Positions 1 to 7,863 of a DNA stretch of 64,000 bases are shown one piece after another. The notes beneath the pieces were generated by a model, which had not been told where the DNA came from, did no database searches, and saw nothing but the letters and a program-made list of their open reading frames with translations. Source of the DNA: an uncultured Planctomycetaceae bacterium (GTDB taxonomy: Bacteria; Planctomycetota; Planctomycetia; Pirellulales; Thermoguttaceae); contig CAZTPX010000008.1 in NCBI GenBank assembly GCA_964615095.1, forward strand, positions 57,361 through 121,360. Direction: 5' to 3'. Made by a program: the position numbers and the translations under genes. Position 1 is the first letter of the stretch. The number at the start of each line of letters is the position of its first letter.

Positions 1-760
1 ACTCTGGTTTCTCATCCGTGTTTGTTCCGTGTTTCATCCGTGGCCGAAGTCCCTCTTTCGCCGCCCACCAGGCCCCAATGGTGTTGTGCAACAGGAATTG
101 CACCATGTAGTCTTCAGTGAACAATTGCGTCACTGCGGGCAGGGTTCGGCCGTCGATCTTCTCGCCACTCTTGTTGACCTCATCTTTTCTCTTGGATTGC
201 CAGAACTGGTAGACCCAGCCGAGGCTGTCGTCAGCCAAGAACGTTTCTCTTGGCAGGCTGGCAAGCAACTTTTCCAGGGCCAAACGATGCTCCGGAGCGA
301 ATTCGACCTCCAGCAGCACATCGTCGGTCCGGAAAACCTGCGGTAGCATTTTGCTGGCATACCGAGCCGCCAGTACGAAGCCGTTCGGCGTCCCTTCCGA
401 CTTGGCAAGCTCGTCACATTCCTCCAAACTGACTGCCACTCCGTGTGGATGCATGAGCAGATGATTCTCGGCCAGCAACCGGGCAAAGAGCATCCGATGC
501 CAGTATTCGTAGGCGAGTTCTTGGACCAGTTGCTCAATGCCTTGCGTCTTGTTCGCACGCCGTGAATCGCCTGCCTGACGACCGCGGGCACGCAGCCGGT
601 TTCGCAGTTCCTTTTCGGCCGGAGTAAAATGGGCGTGCGGTTCTGCAGCGTCGACCGCCCGCTTCTGCAATGCCGAACGGGCCGCCTCCTCAGCCTTATC
701 GCGGGCCTTCTGGCACACGTCGTCAAGTTGGGATCGAAGTTTCGATTCGAGTGCGGGCAT
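1..760 (-). CDS. pglX: BREX type 1 DNA methyltransferase PglX, N-terminal 253 codons only (gene continues past the left edge)
   Basis: Own minus-strand translation from ATG 760-758; absent from the ORF track because there is no stop in the window. Sequence: MPALESKLRSQLDDVCQKARDKAEEAARSALQKRAVD...QELAYEYWHRMLFARLLAENHLLMHP...GWVYQFWQSKRKDEVNKSGEKIDGRTLPAVTQLFTEDYMVQFLLHNTIGAWW. These match conserved PglX N-terminal blocks as I recall them. The gene lies directly after brxA-brxB-brxC. Confidence 0.8.
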   Translation of the reverse strand, partial: MPALESKLRSQLDDVCQKARDKAEEAARSALQKRAVDAAEPHAHFTPAEKELRNRLRARGRQAGDSRRANKTQGIEQLVQELAYEYWHRMLFARLLAENHLLMHPHGVAVSLEECDELAKSEGTPNGFVLAARYASKMLPQVFRTDDVLLEVEFAPEHRLALEKLLASLPRETFLADDSLGWVYQFWQSKRKDEVNKSGEKIDGRTLPAVTQLFTEDYMVQFLLHNTIGAWWAAKEGLRPRMKHGTNTDEKPE

Positions 761-766
761 GGGATG

Positions 767-1294
767 TCACTCCTGGCGAAAGCCAATGCGTCGTTTTGGC
801 GGCGCCGCCGGCGGGGCCATGAGTTGCCGAATGGCCTCGAAGACGATCGCGAACTTTTCGTCGTGCTCGCCGAGTTTACGTTCCAGGTCGAACAGCTTGC
901 GAGCCAGGTCTTTGTGCGTCGACATGATTTCACGCAGTCGGACAAAGGCCCGCATGATGGCGATGTTGACTTCGATGGCACGTTCGCTATTGAGGACTGT
1001 AGAGAGCATGGCCACACCCTGCTCGGTGAAAGCGTAGGGAAAATAACGGCGGCCGCCACGACCGCTCTTTGAGATCACAGTTTGTGATCTCAAAGATCCG
1101 GCCTCTTCGGCCGAAAGCAGGAACATGAAATCATCAGGAAATCGCGAAAGATTGCGTTTTGCAGCCTGATTCAAGACCCGGACTTCGACCCCATAGAGCG
1201 ATGCTAAGTCGCTATCCAGCATGACTTTACGGCCACTGATCAAGAGAATGGCATGTTCGATCCTCTCGGCGGGAATCACGGAAACTTCTGCCAT
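767..1294 (-). CDS. ORF6N-domain (KilA-N-like DNA-binding) protein, full length, 175 aa
   Basis: Track ORF 767..1393. The first ATG at 1294 gives MAEVSVIPAERIEHAILLISGRKVMLDSDLASLYGVEVRVLNQAAKRNLSRFPDDFMF...LRSQTVISKSGRGGRRYFPYAFTEQGVAMLSTVLNSERAI, the hallmark ORF6N motifs. The stop lies 6 nt from the pglX ATG. Confidence 0.8.
   Translation of the reverse strand: MAEVSVIPAERIEHAILLISGRKVMLDSDLASLYGVEVRVLNQAAKRNLSRFPDDFMFLLSAEEAGSLRSQTVISKSGRGGRRYFPYAFTEQGVAMLSTVLNSERAIEVNIAIMRAFVRLREIMSTHKDLARKLFDLERKLGEHDEKFAIVFEAIRQLMAPPAAPPKRRIGFRQE
1067..1095. repeat. 29-bp perfect palindrome inside ORF6N-1 (ctttgagatcaca gtt tgtgatctcaaag)
   Basis: 13-bp arms are exact reverse complements around a 3-nt centre. 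It encodes the LRSQTVISK motif of ORF6N-1. Confidence 0.9.
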
Positions 1295-1335
1295 TTTACA
1301 TGCCGCTCCTACAGGTGGGTCTCGTCGGGTGCCAT

Positions 1336-1364
1336 CTTTGAGGTCACAGATTGTGACCTTAAAG
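1336..1364. repeat. 29-bp near-perfect palindrome upstream of ORF6N-1 (ctttgaggtcaca gat tgtgaccttaaag)
   Basis: 12 of 13 arm positions pair. It has the same sequence family as 1067-1095 and lies about 40 nt upstream of the ORF6N-1 ATG in non-coding DNA. Candidate operator. Confidence 0.8.
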
Positions 1365-1506
1365 CGTTCCGCGACATGTCCAGAGTCAATCAAAAAACAC
1401 GCAAATATTCGTGAAAATCCATCGTCCTATCTCTAAGGTCGCAATTTGCGGCCTTGAAGCCATCGCCTTATGCTCGTTATTAGCACAAATTGCCCCGCCA
1501 CGGAAG

Positions 1507-1564
1507 TAGGTCAGGCTCTCCACCCTAACGTGTCTCTTCTGTCAGGCTGGAAAGCCTGACCTAC
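1507..1564. repeat. REP-like palindromic element / possible brxC terminator (gtaggtcaggct ... gtcaggctggaaagcctgacctac)
   Basis: Outer arms gtaggtcaggct/agcctgacctac plus an inner hairpin gtcaggct-ggaa-agcctgac. It abuts the brxC stop codon (1561-1563). Confidence 0.7.
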
Positions 1565-4500
1565 AAGATCACCGGCCCTTCTTTGAGCTTCTCACGGATT
1601 CGCTCTTCCGCCGATGACATCCAGACTCTCAGGTCATCCTCGTTCTTGATCGTGGCGCCGGGCAACGTGACCGGCTGGGCCTTCGGCTCCAGCAACTTCG
1701 CCCCGGCATTCAGGGCCTTGCCGAAACGGGTCGGCAAGGCATCACTGAGGGCCTTGAGTTCGCTGAGTTTCGTCTGTCGCAGCGTAGTAAGAATCTCTTC
1801 CGTCGTGCCCACCGTCACTTTCGGAACCTCGCGGACGCCATTCACCGAAAGAATGTCGTACCTCTGCTCGGGCGTAAGCTTCTGCCATGTAGTTGATTCA
1901 TCAAGGCTGGTCAATCCGTTCTCATGGCTGGTCGTGCAGGCATTATGGGCCTGATTGATAGCTTCCCGGAGGGCGGCAGCCAACTTCTCCACCAGGCCCG
2001 GCACAGGGTCCGGATCGGACAGCAGGGAACGGTTCTCTTCGATGGCTTTCACTTCAGGCTGCACTTCCGCAGCCACCGGCAAGTCGGCCGCATGGTCGAG
2101 CAATGCCGCCAGTTGCTTCCATCGCGGCTGCCGCTGGGCAATCTTCTCGCTTTGTTTCTGCCAGTCGGCAATTTGCTTCTCCAGTTGGGCTTTCTGTTCG
2201 TGGATCGCCTTCAACTGGTCGTTGCCAACGCGATTGGCAAGGTCTGTCAGATGCGACGTGTCGGGCTGCTTGGGCAGCGGGGCATCGCCCCCCGCCTCTT
2301 CGGCAAGCTTCGTCAGCTTGTCGAGGAACTTCGGGGCATCGACCGACTCCATGTTCGGCGACGTATTCAAGCCCACTTTCTTGAACAGACCGCGAAGCTC
2401 GATCAATTGGACCTTGGTAATCTTGATGATTTCAACGCGGAACTCAACGGTCGCGATGTTCTTTTGGTCGAGCTTACCTTTCGCAACCAAATCAGTGCCC
2501 GTGCGGGCCTGTACCTGTCCGCCCGTGTGCAACACGATCAGTGCGGCGTCGATGGCGTCTTGCGGCCAACCGTACGGCGGATTGCCGAAAACCTTGCGGA
2601 TATCGGTTCCCTTCTTCCCGGAGCCGACGTAATCGAGGATCGCCTTGCACACGCCGTGGGCTTCCGGGTCGCCTTTGTGGCCGACCGCGGCCATCGCGTC
2701 GCCGTCGCCCTTTCTCGCCCGTTCGATAACCTTGTGCCACTCCGGCGAATCGGCCAAGTGAAATTGTGGGTAAAGTCGGTCGAGACACGACTTGGCGGCA
2801 TCTTCAACCTTGGACGTAAGCAGCATGCCGTTGACCAGGTCGCCGCCGGCCAAATAGATCGAGGCTTCGTCGAGCAGGTCGAGAATGAGCCCGTCGCGAA
2901 GCTGCTGGGCCTGAGTCAAACGGGTCTCCATCGACTTCTTCGCGTCGAGCCCTTCATCGCTGCTGGGCGTCCCCCGGACCTCCAAGGTTTTTTCGGCCGC
3001 GTAGTAGGTGGCGATTGCCTGCTTGATTTCCTCGGCCTTGTTCCGGGGGATGAATCCATAGACGACCGCCGCGGAATCACCCGCCGTTCGGGCATCATTC
3101 AAGACCGTCTTCTCCTCGACTTCCCAGCCGTCGCGAATCCAGACGGGGATTTCGGCACCGTCCGTTGTCGGTGCATCCGGCCCGAAATGGAGTGCGAACC
3201 GGCGGGATTCCTTGCTGGCTCCATGAGTGAGTTTCGATTTCTTGAGAACCTCGCTGCAATCCGTCTTGAGCAGTTGCGACCGCTCGCTTGCCAGTTTGCC
3301 GGCATCGGCCAGGAGCTTGTTGCGAGCCTCTTGAAACGCCTGATTCCACTCCGCCCCTTCGCGGGTCTGCATCCGGTATTCGTCTTCAACCTGCATAACG
3401 GCCCCGGAGGCAACCAGTTCTCCCAAGAGTTCCGGCACCTGCTTGCGGAGGTTGGCACTGCTTTGGTTGAGGTCAGTCACCAGCAGGTCGGCCAGCGTAT
3501 CGGCGTTCGCCCGAATGCCGGCATCGGCCGGCCCTTGGTGCGGCAGTTGACCGATGAGGAAGATCAAGGCACAAAGCTGGTAGCGGAGTTCGCCGTCGTC
3601 TTCGTGCTTTTGCCGGGCAATGGTTTCCGAGATTTCCTGGAGCAAGACGCCCGACTGAAGCACGCGGGTCTTGATATGCTCGAAAAGAAATGCCCCGCCG
3701 ACGACGTGGCCGAGTTCCATGTCAGCGGTCTTCTGCATGGCGTCGAAGACAATCCAGAGTTGCGTGCGAAGCTGAGCACCCGTGCCGGCCTTATCGACGG
3801 CACGCAGGACCCGTTCCCAAAAACGACGCCGAACCGGCAGAATCGGATAGTCCTGGACAATCAATTGCCGGTCACGAGTGGTGAATGCGATTTTCGTGCT
3901 CGACAATTGCCGCTCAATCTCTCCAGGACGTTCTTCCAGCTTCTCCTTGATCGTCGATTCAGCCGATGGTTTCTTCTTGAGAACCACTTCGCGTGTGACT
4001 TGCTCAACGTCGGTATCCTGCAATTCGACGGTCACTGGGAAGTCGCCCTGGAGCTTCTGAAGGAGCGGCGTGCCACTGAGGGCATTCTGTCCCGTCGCCA
4101 CGACCATGACCGGTGCCCCGAGTTTGGACGTGAATTGTCGCTGGAGAACGTCGATCTCGAATGCCCGCTCGACGCTATCGCCGATATACTGCTGAACTTC
4201 GTCGAGCACAATCAGCGTGCAGGGCATCTTGCCATTGCGGGTGAGGGCCTGCCGAGCCTTAGTGACCATATCCTCAATCGAAACGTCGGTTTTCTCTGGA
4301 AACTGCTTTTCCAGGAGAAGCTTGACTTCGGACGGCTTGCTGGCGAAATCAGGACGAGCCGCCAGAATGGCCTTGGCCATCGCGTCGGAGACGTAGAGGT
4401 TGGCGAGTTCCAGGTCGAAGTCGCGTTTCGCGGCGGCAACATGCTTCCGCACCGCGTCTTCCAATCCCTCATGCCGCAGCCAAATCACGAAACATGCTCC

Positions 4501-5010
4501 GGCGTAGTGCTCCGGCAACCCGACCGACCGGAAGATGATGCTCAATACCTCCAGGCGAACGCTATCGCCGGCCCCCGCACCCAACGTGCCGGCCGCGGCA
4601 TGGAGTCCACCTTGCCGCCGGGCATGGGTGGAGAGTTCCTTGAGCAGGTCGCAGACGTTGGTGGGCAGCTTGGTCAATCCGCGTGCTTTGGCACCATCGG
4701 GAAACGCAAAATCAATCCACAGGTGTTGCAGCATCTTGACGAGGTGGCTCTTGCCGGAGCCAAAGAACCCGCTGACCCAGACCCCCGGCTGTTCGGCCTT
4801 GTCCAAGTGCCCCAGGTAAGTGCTGAGAATGCGGACCATCCCTTCGGCATATTGGCCGTCGCACACGAATTTCGTTAGCTCGAAGCGAAGCGTTTCGAGC
4901 CAACGGGCTTTGCTCTCCGGATCGGCTTCCGGGGAATTGACCTTCGCCACACCCTGGTTCAGCAGCGTGTTTGTGCGAGGGTCTTCATTGTAGACTTCCC
5001 GGTTCTTCAT
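1561..5010 (-). CDS. brxC: BREX ATPase BrxC/PglY (DUF499-type P-loop NTPase), 1149 aa
   Basis: Track ORF 1561..5526. Its first 172 codons overlap brxB in another frame and are Arg-rich. The in-frame ATG at 5010 gives MKNREVYNEDPRTNTLLNQGVAKV.... Walker A is GFFGSGKSH. There is an ATGA stop/start overlap with brxB. Size and position are typical of BrxC. Confidence 0.85.
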   Translation of the reverse strand: MKNREVYNEDPRTNTLLNQGVAKVNSPEADPESKARWLETLRFELTKFVCDGQYAEGMVRILSTYLGHLDKAEQPGVWVSGFFGSGKSHLVKMLQHLWIDFAFPDGAKARGLTKLPTNVCDLLKELSTHARRQGGLHAAAGTLGAGAGDSVRLEVLSIIFRSVGLPEHYAGACFVIWLRHEGLEDAVRKHVAAAKRDFDLELANLYVSDAMAKAILAARPDFASKPSEVKLLLEKQFPEKTDVSIEDMVTKARQALTRNGKMPCTLIVLDEVQQYIGDSVERAFEIDVLQRQFTSKLGAPVMVVATGQNALSGTPLLQKLQGDFPVTVELQDTDVEQVTREVVLKKKPSAESTIKEKLEERPGEIERQLSSTKIAFTTRDRQLIVQDYPILPVRRRFWERVLRAVDKAGTGAQLRTQLWIVFDAMQKTADMELGHVVGGAFLFEHIKTRVLQSGVLLQEISETIARQKHEDDGELRYQLCALIFLIGQLPHQGPADAGIRANADTLADLLVTDLNQSSANLRKQVPELLGELVASGAVMQVEDEYRMQTREGAEWNQAFQEARNKLLADAGKLASERSQLLKTDCSEVLKKSKLTHGASKESRRFALHFGPDAPTTDGAEIPVWIRDGWEVEEKTVLNDARTAGDSAAVVYGFIPRNKAEEIKQAIATYYAAEKTLEVRGTPSSDEGLDAKKSMETRLTQAQQLRDGLILDLLDEASIYLAGGDLVNGMLLTSKVEDAAKSCLDRLYPQFHLADSPEWHKVIERARKGDGDAMAAVGHKGDPEAHGVCKAILDYVGSGKKGTDIRKVFGNPPYGWPQDAIDAALIVLHTGGQVQARTGTDLVAKGKLDQKNIATVEFRVEIIKITKVQLIELRGLFKKVGLNTSPNMESVDAPKFLDKLTKLAEEAGGDAPLPKQPDTSHLTDLANRVGNDQLKAIHEQKAQLEKQIADWQKQSEKIAQRQPRWKQLAALLDHAADLPVAAEVQPEVKAIEENRSLLSDPDPVPGLVEKLAAALREAINQAHNACTTSHENGLTSLDESTTWQKLTPEQRYDILSVNGVREVPKVTVGTTEEILTTLRQTKLSELKALSDALPTRFGKALNAGAKLLEPKAQPVTLPGATIKNEDDLRVWMSSAEERIREKLKEGPVIL

Positions 5011-5579
5011 TTGCGAATCTCCCCTTCGCTGGCAGTGATCGGCACGGCGTGATAATTCCAACCGTCGCGTGCATCGAGCAGACGGTAGTTGTCTTGTTCG
5101 TAAACTCCCGGAAAGAAGACCAGGAGCCTGCCCGGGATGGCGTTCTCGAACATAGGCAGGATTTCGGAAATGCGGAGGAAGCCAAACAGCGATGCCACGC
5201 CATAGACGGCAACCACGGTGTCTTCGGCGGGCTGAACTGCCTGGAGGGTCTGAGTCAGTTGAGCGGCAATCGTCTTTTTGAATGCCGCCATCGGAGCCGT
5301 CCCCAACCGGGTCGGCGACTCGAAATAGCTTTCGGCGTAGTCTGAGTACGGCGGGCTGCACAGCCAGTCGGCAAAGGCGTTCGTGAAATCGACGGCGTGC
5401 CAATGGCGACCGACTTGCTCGGTGGCTTCCTTGAAGAGCCCGAGGCGAAGGCGGAGCTTGCGTTCGTCTTCCTTGTCGTAAACAGCCAGCCAGACCCGCT
5501 GCGGCCCGGCAATGTTTCGGTCCCACGGCAGGCCACAGATTCGTTGGTAGTTCTTGCGGAGCAAGTCAATTCTGCTCAT
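5007..5579 (-). CDS. brxB: BREX protein BrxB (DUF1788), 190 aa
   Basis: Blocks ...PWDRNIAGPQRVWLAVYDKEDERKLRLRL..., VAVYGVASLFGF and IPGRLLVFFPGVYEQDNYRLLDARDGWNYHAVPI match the DUF1788 signature as I recall it. The gene is flanked by brxA and brxC. Confidence 0.85.
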   Translation of the reverse strand: MSRIDLLRKNYQRICGLPWDRNIAGPQRVWLAVYDKEDERKLRLRLGLFKEATEQVGRHWHAVDFTNAFADWLCSPPYSDYAESYFESPTRLGTAPMAAFKKTIAAQLTQTLQAVQPAEDTVVAVYGVASLFGFLRISEILPMFENAIPGRLLVFFPGVYEQDNYRLLDARDGWNYHAVPITASEGEIRK

Positions 5580-5595
5580 ACGCGGCCCTTTCCTC

Positions 5596-6432
5596 TCACT
5601 GTAGGACGGATTGGCAATCCGTCTTACTGACCGTAGGACGGAGTGCCAATCCGTCCCGCAAAGCGGCCCATTCCTCGTGCGGCTTCAGCAGACCCGGAAA
5701 ACCGATTTCCACCACGGCACCAGCACCCTTGTACCGAAGCCACCCCTGTTTTGAAGCCTCTTGAGTCAGGTCGAGAATCTCGGCTGAAGAACGATCCAAG
5801 AGACGAGTCCAGGGAGAATCCAAGAGCATCTTGCCCCGCAAGCCGCAAAGATAGCCAAGCAGGATGGCGTAGCTGGTTACGACCGGGGTGACGGTCGCCT
5901 TGACGCGGCTCTTCTTCACCTTCCCGCGGAGGTAGCCGGCTTGCGTCCAGGAAGAGGCAAGGTTTTGGGCGGTGGAGCGAAGCGTCGTCGGCCGGAACCG
6001 CTTCGGGTACAGGTGGCCCAAATGCTGGCTGACCATCTCCGTCGTGACCGGTTCGTTCACCTTGATGCCCACGACGAACGGCGTCGCATCTCGCAACAGG
6101 GTGTCGCGTGCCGCCGCCAGAAGGAAAGCGAGCATCGGTTGGCTGAACGGATCGGCGGGCCAGAAATGACGCAACAGCCGAAAAAGCGAGCAGTCGGGGG
6201 TGAGAGCGTAGAGTTCCGCCAGCCGTTTGGCAGACCGCTCGCGGGTCGTCCGCGTCGGTTTGCCTAATATGTTGTCTTCGATGATTGCAGACCGGTAGCC
6301 CTCAGCCGAAGCACTCTCCCCAACTCGATTGAGCACAAGTGCCAGTTCGGCCGACATCATCGTGCGGCTGGTGTGGGCACTATTCGCACCCGTGCGGAAG
6401 CCGAGCGATTCAGGAAAAGGCGTCAACATCAT
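5596..6432 (-). CDS. brxA: BREX protein BrxA (DUF1819-like)
   Basis: Track ORF 5596..6462, which starts at a TTG. The first ATG is at 6432 with AGGA 5 nt upstream. First position of the BREX operon. The last ~20 codons are encoded by two REP copies. Family assignment rests on synteny plus general sequence resemblance. Confidence 0.65.
   Translation of the reverse strand: MMLTPFPESLGFRTGANSAHTSRTMMSAELALVLNRVGESASAEGYRSAIIEDNILGKPTRTTRERSAKRLAELYALTPDCSLFRLLRHFWPADPFSQPMLAFLLAAARDTLLRDATPFVVGIKVNEPVTTEMVSQHLGHLYPKRFRPTTLRSTAQNLASSWTQAGYLRGKVKKSRVKATVTPVVTSYAILLGYLCGLRGKMLLDSPWTRLLDRSSAEILDLTQEASKQGWLRYKGAGAVVEIGFPGLLKPHEEWAALRDGLALRPTVSKTDCQSVLQ
5601..5657. repeat. two tandem REP-like palindromes (gtaggacggattggcaatccgtc / gtaggacggagtgccaatccgtcc)
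   Basis: Each unit is self-complementary around gacgga-ttgSca-tccgtc. Both lie in the 3' end of brxA, where they translate as RDGLALRPTVSKTDCQSVLQ. Confidence 0.8.
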
Positions 6433-7507
6433 CCGTATCCTGACCTTCCGACCTTGAAACAACTCCGGAGACCTTTGCTAATCTCTTGGGCTACCCCCCC
6501 GATGCGGATTCCGTTCAGGCACCGAGGCGATGGTAATTGCCGAACCGGTAAGTGTAACCTAAAGGCATTTAGCCTACAATCACCGCCATACAACTAACCT
6601 CTTACCATGCTTGGACATACGAGCAAACGTGATGGTTGCGTAAACCCTGCGGTTCCTGGCGGAGACGAACTAGCCGTGGCAGGCGATCAACTGTGGAAGC
6701 CACGGTTTGGCCTGCTCCCAAGGAAGACCGATAATCTAAGCCAGGCCAGCATCTTGGCAAAGGCATGCTCCAACTGGATCTCGAAATACGTGCCGCGATA
6801 CTGCTGCAAGAGCCGCTCGGCCAGGAACGGGCCCGCCAGTTCGCCCTCGCTGAGCTGGCAACCAGAATCTTCATGCCCAGGATACTACCGCGAACGCGTA
6901 CGTGCGGCCTTGGAACTCATTCTTGCGGAATCCGGTCGGCAGGTCGGAAAGCTGGGGACACGCATGCCGGAACTGCGATGCGATTCACGGTCTACGCCAA
7001 TGGACCACCGAGTACCGCCCGACGATCTGCGGAATTTTTGAACTCGCCCCTTTGGGGCAACAAAACAAGCGCAACACTTTGTTGCAAAAAATGCATACGG
7101 CCTCAGCGCGCCGGAAAGGGGGATCCGCGCCCCGATTCGTAAAAATCTCCGCACTAGAGCACTCAAAAATTCGGGCGTGCGGTGACGGTTGTTGCAAATA
7201 CCGCGTGGGCAAGGCCAGAAGTTCGTCATTCAACGTGATGGAAAGTTCGGCGCGCTATGACGGGCCGCGCCGGCTTTATAGGAAATTTCGCTAGGACCGT
7301 ATTTTTAAATAGGCGAAAGTTGCCATCGGCTCGATCGCGCTCAGGCAACGGTCACGAACGGTCGCACTCGCCGCCCAGAAATTAAGCCTACGATTTCCGC
7401 CAACTCATCCGACTTTCAGACTTTCACGGGCCAGATTGGGCCTTCTTGCTATTGCTGAGATTTTAGTGTAGCATTGATGGTTTGTCACAAAATCGGAGGA
7501 GCTCCCC

Positions 7508-7684
7508 ATGACTCTCAAACAAGACCGCGATAATTTGGCCCGGGTCAAGCTAGCCTTGGCCGATAAATACGAGAACTTGGCCAGCACCATCAACAGCAAG
7601 CCGCGGAAGGTCAGCTACCTCCGCCATGCCGATAGGTTCCGTCGCCAAGCGGCCGATCTGCGGAATCTGAACAACTCGCGATAA
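7508..7684 (+). CDS. small hypothetical protein, 58 aa (below the ORF-track cutoff)
   Basis: ATG preceded by GGAGGA 7 nt upstream. Sequence: MTLKQDRDNLARVKLALADKYENLASTINSKPRKVSYLRHADRFRRQAADLRNLNNSR. Helical, non-junk composition. No family recognised. Confidence 0.35.
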   Translation: MTLKQDRDNLARVKLALADKYENLASTINSKPRKVSYLRHADRFRRQAADLRNLNNSR

Positions 7685-7863
7685 CGGCCCTGGCTTGGCA
7701 TGGGTTGTTGCATAATCGCCTTAGATCCCCATCCTTCCTAATGCCTGTTGTCTTTCCTTGACGACAGTCATAGTAGCGAAGAAGATTGAAGAGGAGAGAT
7801 GGGAAAGCTGGTAGATCCCATCTTTAGTCGAGCTTTGCGAATTCGCGAGCGGATGGGACGATC

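Noticed and set aside
130-1059. 309-aa minus-strand ORF spanning the pglX / ORF6N junction
   Set aside because: Out of frame with both real genes. Extremely Arg/Ser/Cys-rich. Both overlapping frames carry strong family motifs.
1924-4878. 984-aa ORF on the plus strand, the second-longest ORF in the region
   Set aside because: It is entirely antisense to brxC, which has clear P-loop and family motifs. Its composition is Arg/Leu/Gly/Val-rich with no motifs. This is the typical shadow ORF of a GC-rich gene.
6610-6885. Helical-looking minus-strand reading frame (…GELAGPFLAERLLQQYRGTYFEIQLEHAFAKMLAWL…) upstream of the BREX operon, considered as an integrase/transposase or regulator remnant
   Set aside because: A stop lies immediately upstream, there is no start codon, and I recognise no family motif. 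Neighbouring frames are junk.
7696-7712. Sigma-54-like sequence TGGCATGGGTTGTTGCA upstream of the M28 peptidase gene
   Set aside because: The GG and GC dinucleotides are separated by 11 nt instead of the required 10. No UAS module accompanies it.
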